Position numbers and translations under genes: made by a program | The notes under the pieces: generated by a model | Seen by the model: only the letters and a program-made list of their open reading frames with translations | The model's database searches: none | What the model was told of the DNA's origin: nothing | From: a virus | Lineage: Duplodnaviria > Caudoviricetes | DNA: 64,000 nucleotides | Strand: one strand, 5' to 3' | IMG/VR virus record: IMGVR_UViG_3300028888_001628 | Span: 91,975-155,974 of that record | Shown: positions 49,938 through 57,616 of the stretch, piece after piece | Layout: every line of letters begins with the position of its first letter | How positions within the stretch are numbered: the stretch's first letter is position 1

Positions 49938-50363
49938 TTATTTCAATCTACGATAGTTAGCCCACGCTTCTAATGGGTAAGACCCATCTTTCAATTCATC
50001 TTCCCAATCAGCAAATCCTGTAGCTGGATTTACTGCACCCTCTGAGCCACCATCTTCTCCATCCATGTCATACGGATTATCATCACTCAATGAACGCCAA
50101 ACCATCACTTTATTCAATGAAGGAATTATACTAACATTTTCATAGTGATTATCTGCTTCACTAAACTGAAATACAAATAATGAGTCAGGATCATCTTTAG
50201 GAAAGTCTTCCAATTTATCTATGTAGCCATAGCAAGGACTATCAATATAGAAGTTACTGAAATTGAGCTCGATACCAGTCATGTTAGTAAAATCTTTTGC
50301 CATCTGATCAGCAACTTTACGAGCACCTTCAAGATTAAGCTTCTTTTCAAATTTACATTTCAT
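49938..50363 (-). CDS. Early hypothetical protein
   Basis: Start MKCKFEK after ggag SD. Confidence 0.6.
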   Translation of the reverse strand: MKCKFEKKLNLEGARKVADQMAKDFTNMTGIELNFSNFYIDSPCYGYIDKLEDFPKDDPDSLFVFQFSEADNHYENVSIIPSLNKVMVWRSLSDDNPYDMDGEDGGSEGAVNPATGFADWEDELKDGSYPLEAWANYRRLK

Positions 50364-50385
50364 GTTCTTATCTCCAATTAGGTTT

Positions 50386-50449
50386 ATTGGAAGGAACCAT
50401 TCCATCCAATTTATGAATTATTTATAATACAGATTATCTATCATGTAAA
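50386..50449 (-). promoter_or_regulatory. Promoter-hairpin cassette (copy 2)
   Basis: Same layout and hairpin as copy 1. Confidence 0.8.
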
Positions 50450-50455
50450 CAAAAA

Positions 50456-50683
50456 TCACGCATGATCTTTAAATTTTTCTATTTCATGTAGAACAGCGTA
50501 ATCCGGATCAAGTTCGCTTTCATATACTACAATAACATCATCGTCAAATTTCTCTTTATAGATGATAGTGTCTTTACAGTGTAGACTTCCTTGCACTTTA
50601 TTATCATTAGGTAAACAGAATCCAATAATCAGTAGCAGTATCTGAATTCCATAAAATACAGAAATAAAAATTATCATTTCCAT
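50456..50683 (-). CDS. Small membrane protein
   Basis: N-terminal hydrophobic helix. Confidence 0.5.
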   Translation of the reverse strand: MEMIIFISVFYGIQILLLIIGFCLPNDNKVQGSLHCKDTIIYKEKFDDDVIVVYESELDPDYAVLHEIEKFKDHA

Positions 50684-50765
50684 GACTATCCCTGCTTTCT
50701 GATTATTGAAAACTGTTTATCTCGTTATTTATGTCACAGTATTCTTTAGTGATGAAGCTTCATTT

Positions 50766-51404
50766 TCAACTTTCATCTTCATCCTCTTCATCATCGTATT
50801 TCTCATCCATCTCTCTATCCATCTCATCAATCACCTGCCCAAACTCAGGTTTATGTTTAGTTTTTATCCAACTAACTCTTTTATTTTTACTCACAACTTT
50901 AGTTGTTATAGAAATATTAAAGCAAGATTGCCAATCTCCATTAAGTATTCTAACAACCTCTTTTGGTAACTGTTCAATAGAATAAACCCACGCCATTACA
51001 ATACCATTAGATGTTTGAACTGGAACTAGCGTTCTGTGGTACAGTTGATTATTTTTATTTGGATTAAATCTCTCTATTCTGTCAATCTCTCTTAATGACT
51101 TTTCAGTATTATCCAGAAGTGGAATTCTATATAACTCACCGTAAACTCTACCAAACTCCAAGTTAAATGGAAGTGAATCTTTCTTATTTTCAACTTGTTT
51201 GTGATAATCATTGAGATAGTCAAATGAACCAGTTACTTGGTCCTGTGTTTTAGGAATCTGAACCATCGGATAATTACCACAGGCGTAATGATAAAGATTA
51301 CCTGTGATAAAACCTAGAGTCTTTTTTGCACACTTTGGAATGAACATGTTGTTACGGAAGTTGGACATCAGTGTACCATAGACAAACAGATTGAAGTAAC
51401 GCAT
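50766..51404 (-). CDS. Gamma-glutamylcyclotransferase (AIG2-like)
   Basis: LFVYGTLM....N, VYGELY, DRIE, Y.R..V, AWVY. Confidence 0.88.
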   Translation of the reverse strand: MRYFNLFVYGTLMSNFRNNMFIPKCAKKTLGFITGNLYHYACGNYPMVQIPKTQDQVTGSFDYLNDYHKQVENKKDSLPFNLEFGRVYGELYRIPLLDNTEKSLREIDRIERFNPNKNNQLYHRTLVPVQTSNGIVMAWVYSIEQLPKEVVRILNGDWQSCFNISITTKVVSKNKRVSWIKTKHKPEFGQVIDEMDREMDEKYDDEEDEDES

Positions 51405-51467
51405 TATACTCTCCTTTATAGAGTTTGTTAAAGATTTTTGTAAAGTTTGAAGCAATGTATATCTTTA

Positions 51468-51938
51468 TTAGTCAGAAAGAAGTGACTTAATAAGATTTAG
51501 TTCGTTATTAGGAATTTTGTGATAAACCCAAGAAGATCCATATTCATAATTGTTTTCATCTTCATATAAATCAATGCTTTTAAGATATTCACAAGCTTTA
51601 TCATAATTCGGAATTACTCCAAATTCTGCTATCAAAGCATCTTTTTGTGATCTACTTGCTGGACACATATCGTTCAAATGATAAAGTTTCCATAAACGAT
51701 AAAGTTCTTTAAATGTGGGATCAGAATTTAACTCATCAAATTTAGCAAGTTCATCAAGACATTGTCCGAACATTACAACATGAGTATGAGTTGCATTCCA
51801 TAAGTCACCTGATATACTAAGTTTTGGTTTATCAGTATCAGCGTCTATAAGCACCATCTCAACTACAGGAAGATTTACTTTACGATAAGATGTACAAGCA
51901 ACTTTACTGAACTTGAATTCTTTCTTGAGATCTGCCAT
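51468..51938 (-). CDS. Conserved phage hypothetical protein
   Basis: GQCLDE...LW..YHLNDM...YGS.W. Confidence 0.65.
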   Translation of the reverse strand: MADLKKEFKFSKVACTSYRKVNLPVVEMVLIDADTDKPKLSISGDLWNATHTHVVMFGQCLDELAKFDELNSDPTFKELYRLWKLYHLNDMCPASRSQKDALIAEFGVIPNYDKACEYLKSIDLYEDENNYEYGSSWVYHKIPNNELNLIKSLLSD

Positions 51939-51956
51939 TTTAAGCTCCTTTGGTTT

Positions 51957-52023
51957 ATTAAATGGAATCCATTTTCCATTTAATTTATGAGTTATTTATA
52001 AGCTATTTTTAGCTATTTGTAAA
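51957..52023 (-). promoter_or_regulatory. Promoter-hairpin cassette (copy 3)
   Basis: TTTACA-17-TATAAA; TTAAATGGAA-AATGGA-TTCCATTTAA. Confidence 0.85.
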
Positions 52024-52408
52024 TAAAATTTGAAGCTATAATAGCACTTTTTGACTTTTCAATATAGACTTCACAGTGCTCTATTTCTATGCATTTTAAA
52101 GCATGCTTTTTTGCTTCACCGAGAGTTTTACAACACCGATCGTAAATAGGCCATTCTTCTATATTAGCAAGAGGTCTATAAATTACTCCATCTTCAATTA
52201 GATTATCGTCTTCTGATTTATTAAGATCTGTTATCTTCAATTTGTAGCATTCTTCTATATTCCAGGCCTTGTCTTTATAGTCATTATCTAACGACTGCTC
52301 TTTTGCTTCTTCTAGTGTTTGAAATACTTTAATATCGTACATATTCATAAAGTCTTTTTCTTTAGAAGAATCTCTGTAGACTGTTAAAACGTAGAATGGA
52401 TTGTTCAT
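52013..52408 (-). CDS. Hypothetical protein
   Basis: Two TL.EAK motifs. Confidence 0.55.
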   Translation of the reverse strand: MNNPFYVLTVYRDSSKEKDFMNMYDIKVFQTLEEAKEQSLDNDYKDKAWNIEECYKLKITDLNKSEDDNLIEDGVIYRPLANIEEWPIYDRCCKTLGEAKKHALKCIEIEHCEVYIEKSKSAIIASNFIYK

Positions 52409-52441
52409 ATTATTTACCCTTTGCGTTAAACAAAATACCCA

Positions 52442-52645
52442 TTATTTTGTTTTATTTTCTTCTTTTAAGATCTCAGTAAAATCTTTGCGAACAGAAATAG
52501 CTACATCTGCTCTGCAACGATGTATCTTAATCTTGCCGTTTGTCATTCTAATATTATGCTTTACTGCGTAATTATATGCAGAATGAGCACTTGCGAAAAA
52601 TACGATATTTAAACCGATCGAATTTATTGTGTAACAGTAACTCAT
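52442..52645 (-). CDS. Early hypothetical protein
   Basis: aggag SD after cassette. Confidence 0.55.
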   Translation of the reverse strand: MSYCYTINSIGLNIVFFASAHSAYNYAVKHNIRMTNGKIKIHRCRADVAISVRKDFTEILKEENKTK

Positions 52646-52664
52646 TTTAAGATCTCCTACGAAT

Positions 52665-52732
52665 AATTAAATGGAATCCAATTTCCATTTAATTTATGAA
52701 TTACTTATAAGCTATTCTTAATCACTTGTAAA
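52665..52732 (-). promoter_or_regulatory. Promoter-hairpin cassette (copy 4)
   Basis: TTTACA-17-TATAAG plus hairpin. Confidence 0.85.
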
Positions 52733-52797
52733 TAGAAAAGTGAATGTAATTTAAACTAATTTATGTCATACTGTATTAAGAATTTCTTATTCATACA

Positions 52798-52840
52798 AAT
52801 AAACCCATTATATACTGATTAGGTATATAATGGGTTTATT
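52798..52840 (-). terminator. Terminator of the stable-RNA operon
   Basis: aataaacccattatatac/gtatataatgggtttatt 18-bp stem directly 3' of tRNA-Ser. Confidence 0.8.
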
Positions 52841-52843
52841 AAA

Positions 52844-52932
52844 CGGAGATTGTAAGATTCGAACTTACGATACAAACTAAACTGTATATCTGATTAGCAG
52901 TCAGACCTCTTAAACCACTCGAGCAAATCTCC
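52844..52932 (-). tRNA. tRNA-Ser(GCT)
   Basis: GGAGATT acceptor; TCTGA-CTGCTAA-TCAGA; long variable arm; TTCGAAT. Confidence 0.92.
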
Positions 52933-53051
52933 ATAATAACAAATCATATCTCACAACATTACTTGTTATAAATTATAAATGCACAATAATAAGTAAAGGA
53001 TGAGAAATAATTCTAAGGAGAATAATGTAAATATGTGCTACGTGAATTTAA

Positions 53052-53123
53052 CAGGGAATAAATGAGTCGAACATTTGTCTGCGATTTTGGAGACCGCTAT
53101 TCTAGCCACTGAACTAATTCCCT
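53052..53123 (-). tRNA. tRNA-Trp(CCA)
   Basis: AGGGAAT acceptor; GCGGT-CTCCAAA-ATCGC. Confidence 0.9.
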
Positions 53124-53161
53124 ACAAGTAACTCTATGTATTGATTCCATACAGAGAGAAA

Positions 53162-53246
53162 TGGACAAGAGAGGATTCGAACCTCTTTCTCCGCATGTTT
53201 CTATGCCTCGCGAGTGGTGTTTTGCCCTATTGTAAACTACTTGCCC
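53162..53246 (-). tRNA. tRNA-like RNA with aberrant anticodon arm
   Basis: Intact acceptor GGGCAAG/CTTGTCC, D arm and T arm AGAGG-TTCGAAT-CCTCT; no canonical anticodon stem-loop. Confidence 0.7.
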
Positions 53247-53260
53247 TAAGAAACTTTAAA

Positions 53261-53332
53261 TACCCACGCCCGAATCCGAGTCGGGACTAATAGTTTAGAA
53301 GACTATTGTGCTTCCAATTACACCACGCGGGC
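53261..53332 (-). tRNA. tRNA-Arg(TCT)
   Basis: ATAGT-CTTCTAA-ACTAT; atypical T loop CTCGGAT. Confidence 0.85.
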
Positions 53333-53369
53333 AGAAGGCGATTGCTCTATCCAATTGAGCTACTGGAGT
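53333..53369 (-). pseudogene. 5' half of a second tRNA-Arg(TCT)
   Basis: ACTCCAG-TA-GCTCAATTGGATAGAGC-A-ATCGC-CT-TCT, then the next tRNA begins directly. Confidence 0.7.
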
Positions 53370-53511
53370 AAAATACCCATATTACTATGGGCTGCCATAA
53401 CCCTAAGAGACCGTGTACTTAAGTCTCATACAGGAATCATGGACTTTATTGAATCTCATGTTTGAGCATTATTCAAATCACAGAATAAGAGGCTTAGAGA
53501 TTTCTCTAAAA

Positions 53512-53833
53512 TAATCTCATTGCGTGCTGTTACACCAAAGTGGAGTACAATCCTTACCAGTTACGGGGTGATTGTCTACTTCAATCGGAGTGACCACTCA
53601 CCTATACACCATTACACTTCACTCTGTCAATTTGATGTATAGCCTGATCCGCCTATTTACTCATTCGTTAAATTTTACTTTAACTGATTTGTCATGGTGC
53701 AGATCATTACACCAGAGGGCGATGTAGCTTTAATGCGTTTCCCATCTTGTTAGATGGTGCAATCAGGATATGCGAGTGGCGATTGCCACACTCATTAAGG
53801 ATGGACGCTTTTAATCCAACCACAATAAGATTA
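53512..53833 (-). ncRNA. Structured ncRNA containing a split mimic of 23S rRNA H43/H44 (GTPase-associated centre)
   Basis: 13-bp terminal stem; GTTGGATTAAAAGCGTCCATC at the 5' end, GT-GTAACA-GC at the 3' end; many internal helices. Confidence 0.75.
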
Positions 53834-53834
53834 A

Positions 53835-53911
53835 CGGGAAATGAAAGAATCGAACGTTCATCTAACGGCCCAAACTAAGGCCGGTTATTTTACCAATTAA
53901 ACTAATTTCCC
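53835..53911 (-). tRNA. tRNA-like RNA with extended, non-canonical anticodon arm
   Basis: GGGAAAT/ATTTCCC acceptor, D and T arms; anticodon arm ACCGGCCT-TAGTTT-GGGCCGTT. Confidence 0.7.
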
Positions 53912-53912
53912 A

Positions 53913-53987
53913 TGGTAGCGGATGAGAGAATTGCACTCTCGACTAAAGATTTATAAGACCTCTGTTCTACTTCTGAACTAATCCGCT
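53913..53987 (-). tRNA. tRNA-Ile(TAT) with encoded CCA
   Basis: AGCGGAT/ATCCGCT-A-CCA; GAGGT-CTTATAA-ATCTT; T loop TGCAATT. Confidence 0.88.
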
Positions 53988-53991
53988 ATAA

Positions 53992-54076
53992 TGGAGAGGG
54001 GAAGATTCGAACTTCCGAACCACGAATGGAAAGCGTTTACAGCGCTCCGAGTTTGACCACTTCTCTGTACCTCTCC
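53992..54076 (-). tRNA. tRNA-Tyr(GTA)
   Basis: GGAGAGG acceptor; GAGCG-CTGTAAA-CGCTT; long variable arm. Confidence 0.92.
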
Positions 54077-54107
54077 AAACAAATTAAATAGATATCTTTC
54101 TCTTATT

Positions 54108-54169
54108 CAGTTGTCAAAGAACGTTTTAAATTATAGATATATTATACATTGGAAAGTTTGAAATGTAAA
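54108..54169 (-). promoter_or_regulatory. Sigma70 promoter and rrn-type boxA of the stable-RNA operon
   Basis: TTTACA(54169-64)-17-TATAAT(54146-41); CGTTCTTTGACAAC at 54123-54110. Confidence 0.8.
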
Positions 54170-54607
54170 CTAAATTTTAAATTTATTTTCACGAACCCAG
54201 AGAGGATTTACATCTTCAACGTAAGACCCAGAATATGAACGATAAACATCGCAATCTTCATCAGATAAATTATTAAACTCTACAAACTTACCATTCACAT
54301 AAGCAGCACATGGAAAATCATAATCATTTACTTTATAGATAAATGCGATAAAGTCTTCAAGATACCAAGGTTCAGTGAAATTGTGAGCTGAGTTTTTAAT
54401 TCCTGCAATAGAGTTATATGTTTTACACATATAAAATGTTTTATGGAAGTCAAGCTCTGCACCAGCGTAAGGATCAGAATGCCATTTAGCAATATGCTGT
54501 TCACGATCCTTTTGTCGTTCATCTGCTTTTTCAGGCGTAAGTCGGAACTTAATAACAAAGCCAGAATTCTTGCGAGGTTTAAAGATTATGTTGTTATAGT
54601 CTGCCAT
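54170..54607 (-). CDS. Hypothetical protein
   Basis: 145-aa ORF. Confidence 0.55.
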   Translation of the reverse strand: MADYNNIIFKPRKNSGFVIKFRLTPEKADERQKDREQHIAKWHSDPYAGAELDFHKTFYMCKTYNSIAGIKNSAHNFTEPWYLEDFIAFIYKVNDYDFPCAAYVNGKFVEFNNLSDEDCDVYRSYSGSYVEDVNPLWVRENKFKI

Positions 54608-54619
54608 AATGTTTTCTAC

Positions 54620-54787
54620 TTAACCAATCCCAATTGAGAACTTTCCGAAATTAGTATCAATGTCTTTTTCGTCAATTCCGTACTCGTAATATTCATCAGT
54701 GTAATAACCTGAATCAGGGGCTTCAATGACAACTTCCATATCAGGATCCACTGTCTTTAATTTTTCAATAAGTTCTCTAGCTGTCAT
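54620..54787 (-). CDS. Small protein MTARELIEKL.. (55 aa, absent from ORF track); paralog of neighbour
   Basis: aggag SD; N-terminus similar to 54805..54975. Confidence 0.65.
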   Translation of the reverse strand: MTARELIEKLKTVDPDMEVVIEAPDSGYYTDEYYEYGIDEKDIDTNFGKFSIGIG

Positions 54788-54804
54788 TGTTATTTCTCCT
54801 ATTA

Positions 54805-54975
54805 TTAATCAAAGTTAATACCCAACCGCTCAATATCTTTACCGTCTTTTGTATGCCAAGTTTCTGTTTGAATTACTGCATCATCTAAACAGAAAGTGCC
54901 ACCATCTGCCGAAACTAAAACTTCCAAGTTCTCATCAAACTCTTTTAATTTCTCAATCAGTTCCTTAACTGTCAT
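54805..54975 (-). CDS. Small protein MTVKELIEKL..
   Basis: aggag SD; common phage N-terminal motif. Confidence 0.65.
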   Translation of the reverse strand: MTVKELIEKLKEFDENLEVLVSADGGTFCLDDAVIQTETWHTKDGKDIERLGINFD

Positions 54976-54999
54976 GATGTTCTCTCCTTTTGAGTTTAT

Positions 55000-55061
55000 T
55001 GAATGGATCCATTCCATTCATTTTATGAGTATGTTATATCACAGAACGGAATTGCTGTCAG
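55000..55061 (-). promoter_or_regulatory. Promoter-hairpin cassette (copy 5)
   Basis: CTGACA-17-TATAAC; TGAATGGA-ATGGA-TCCATTCA. Confidence 0.8.
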
Positions 55062-55072
55062 TAGGAATTTTT

Positions 55073-55423
55073 CTATCCCCAAATCCATGAACCACGTTCT
55101 AGTTGACGAATCTCACCTTCACAGATTTTCGCTTCGACAACCTGGCCTGCGTATTTAGTAACCATCCGTTTCACAGCGGTTAACTGTTTTGCAGTGAAGA
55201 ACCCTTTGCCCCGGTACCATTTTGCAAAGGATGAACCTAGTTTGGCATCCTGTGGCTTAAACCCTACACCGTTGTGATACTTAACAGTTTCCTGACGTTG
55301 TTCATCAGCAACCTGACGGTCATACACAAACATAAGGGTATGAATTGCAGTGGAGTCTTTGTCAGCAATCTGTTTACGAAGTTTTTCGACTATTTCTTTT
55401 TTGCTTGTGAACTGAATTGCCAT
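55073..55423 (-). CDS. Conserved large-phage hypothetical protein
   Basis: YDRQ.ADEQ....T...NGVGF...DA...S.FA...T.KQ...KY..Q. Confidence 0.65.
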   Translation of the reverse strand: MAIQFTSKKEIVEKLRKQIADKDSTAIHTLMFVYDRQVADEQRQETVKYHNGVGFKPQDAKLGSSFAKWYRGKGFFTAKQLTAVKRMVTKYAGQVVEAKICEGEIRQLERGSWIWG

Positions 55424-55444
55424 GCCAAATATCCTTATCCCTAA

Positions 55445-55506
55445 TGAATGGATCCATTCCATCCAATTTATGAATTATATATAACTCATTTTCCACTTAG
55501 TGTAAA
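55445..55506 (-). promoter_or_regulatory. Promoter-hairpin cassette (copy 6)
   Basis: TTTACA -35, TATA-type -10, hairpin. Confidence 0.8.
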
Positions 55507-55635
55507 CTAAAAAATGCACAGATATTTTATGTGTCAAATAGATGGGGCTAATTGCCCCCTAGAAAAGAAGTTTGTACTTTACGAAAAATGGTTTGTTTTG
55601 GGAGGTCGTCGTAATGAGTAATAGAAAGATATAAC

Positions 55636-56118
55636 TTATGACCTTTCATGCAAAGCTCCCTTTTCTTTTAATACCACTTTCATAATTACTTTTTGACACA
55701 CTAGAGCATATAATTCACTATCTTGTGATTCTGCAACTCTTTTTGAGAATATTTCTTGTGCATCCTGTTTTTCACTATCAGTGTAAATAATATTCTTTGT
55801 TGTTGGGTTGAAAGAATCATCTGAATTTACTTTAACAACATGGTAAATTGTTTTTACAAGTTCTTCTGGAGGTTGAATCTCAGAACAATCATCATACCCC
55901 ATAAACCGTTTTACACAATCGAAAGAACAATATTTTCGCCCCTGATTGTCAACGTATGGAATGCTAGTGATAAAATTTCCACACAACTGACAAGTATCAT
56001 AACGTAAAAACTTGTCTGCAAAGCACTTTCCACACAAATACAAATCAGCAAATTTTCCGTCTGCTGTCATATAATGTTTGTGCATTGTTGCCTGATTCTT
56101 GCAGTTGTCACACTTCAT
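55636..56118 (-). CDS. Zn-finger protein
   Basis: CDNC, CGKC, CQLC, CSFDC. Confidence 0.6.
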   Translation of the reverse strand: MKCDNCKNQATMHKHYMTADGKFADLYLCGKCFADKFLRYDTCQLCGNFITSIPYVDNQGRKYCSFDCVKRFMGYDDCSEIQPPEELVKTIYHVVKVNSDDSFNPTTKNIIYTDSEKQDAQEIFSKRVAESQDSELYALVCQKVIMKVVLKEKGALHERS

Positions 56119-56353
56119 TGCTTTGCTCCTTACATTCTCTAATGCAGTTTTCTGCATACTCTTTAATGCAGCCCTCAACAAAGCCTGCTAAATCGTAGGC
56201 ATATTGCTCAACTTCATACTCACTGTAACTGTGCTTTTCCATATCAGCTTTACTAACAATAGATTTAGCATTGGCGGCTCCGATAATAGGATAGTTACTG
56301 AATATATCACGCTCTAAGTCTTTAAGAAATTTGCTGTATTCTTCGCTTGTCAT
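56108..56353 (-). CDS. Early hypothetical protein
   Basis: aggag SD after cassette. Confidence 0.6.
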   Translation of the reverse strand: MTSEEYSKFLKDLERDIFSNYPIIGAANAKSIVSKADMEKHSYSEYEVEQYAYDLAGFVEGCIKEYAENCIRECKEQSNEV

Positions 56354-56371
56354 TGTTCTTTCTCCTAAATG

Positions 56372-56438
56372 ATTAAATGGAATCCATTTTCCATTTAATT
56401 TATGAATTACTTATAACATGGATTCTACTTCTTGTAAA
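56372..56438 (-). promoter_or_regulatory. Promoter-hairpin cassette (copy 7)
   Basis: Consensus copy. Confidence 0.85.
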
Positions 56439-56704
56439 TAAAAAAGTGCATCCTTCTTTTGTAGTTCTTCATAAACATCATCTATGTAACACCATGCAAC
56501 GACATTAATCCATTGCAGAGACCCCATATTAACATCAAAACCTTCATCATCATAGAAAGATACTGCAAAAGGTTTATGGTGATAATCTTCATCGTCATCA
56601 TAGGATGAGTAGCCCGTTTTAAGCACGTCACCATCCTCACACTTCACTATTATATTGGCATACCATTTAGGATAACCATCATCTTTAATATAATGCCATT
56701 TCAT
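56411..56704 (-). CDS. Hypothetical protein (DUF551-like)
   Basis: MKWH.IK...P...VVAW. Confidence 0.55.
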   Translation of the reverse strand: MKWHYIKDDGYPKWYANIIVKCEDGDVLKTGYSSYDDDEDYHHKPFAVSFYDDEGFDVNMGSLQWINVVAWCYIDDVYEELQKKDALFYLQEVESML

Positions 56705-56716
56705 ACCTTATTCTCC

Positions 56717-57373
56717 TTATTTAATATTCTCATAAAGAAGTGTAAGATGATTTTTCTTAATAAGACCATCAATGGTTTTATTACGAGGTGTCTTGTTCAG
56801 AAACTCTGTAATGCTAAACGGATGAGTAATAATATGTTTACCTGACTTTGTTGGAATTACAGTAACAACTTTCTTTTTAGGTTCACATGACTCAATTATC
56901 TTAATATAATTATTGACAAGATCATCTACTGTCATAGGCGTGTTAAGGCTATAATGATCAGCATCATCTTTATCAACATCAACTATCCAAAGCTGATTAG
57001 CTAGTTCTACATACTTAGCTGCAGTTGAATCAAATACTGAGTAAGGCTTATCAAAGTTACCACGTGCAATACGGTCTGCATATTCAGCCATCGTATTAAG
57101 AGTCACTTGCTTCATAGATTTATAGTTAACTGAAAAATAAGCTCTCATATTAAGTGTGTCGCTTAGCAATTTAATTTCATTCTCGTACTTATCAAGATAT
57201 TCCATTGTTCTGATATAGTATGTTTTGAATTTGTGGTTACCTGCTATAATATCAGCGTTGTCTTTGGCACGACCTATAATTTCTATTGTATAAAATATAT
57301 CAGTAAAGGAATCAAATTGACCATCCCATTGAGATTGGATAAACTCTTTAATAAGCTTAAAGTTATCAGTCAT
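56717..57373 (-). CDS. Putative AEP/primase-polymerase-like protein
   Basis: ggagg SD; WIVDVD and PTKSGKHII motifs. Confidence 0.45.
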   Translation of the reverse strand: MTDNFKLIKEFIQSQWDGQFDSFTDIFYTIEIIGRAKDNADIIAGNHKFKTYYIRTMEYLDKYENEIKLLSDTLNMRAYFSVNYKSMKQVTLNTMAEYADRIARGNFDKPYSVFDSTAAKYVELANQLWIVDVDKDDADHYSLNTPMTVDDLVNNYIKIIESCEPKKKVVTVIPTKSGKHIITHPFSITEFLNKTPRNKTIDGLIKKNHLTLLYENIK

Positions 57374-57537
57374 AACAACCTCCACTATAACTGGTAATAG
57401 CAAAAAGCCATGAAAGCTACCATTAGTATAATGGTAATAGACCAAGCTATCATATCATCTTTAGTCACAATTACCATATTCAGCCTCTACGATTCTTGTT
57501 TCAACTCTTATCACTGCCATTTTTCAATCTCATATAT

Positions 57538-57605
57538 AATTAAATGGAATCCATTTTCCATTTAATTTATGAATTATTTATAATACAATTTTAAGTTCTT
57601 GTAAA
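57538..57605 (-). promoter_or_regulatory. Promoter-hairpin cassette (copy 8)
   Basis: Consensus copy, TTTACA-17-TATAAA. Confidence 0.85.
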
Positions 57606-57616
57606 CAAAAAGTGCA

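Noticed and set aside
53512-53833. True 23S rRNA gene fragment or host contamination
   Set aside because: Similarity is limited to two short segments split by a non-rRNA insert, and the element is embedded in a phage tRNA operon.
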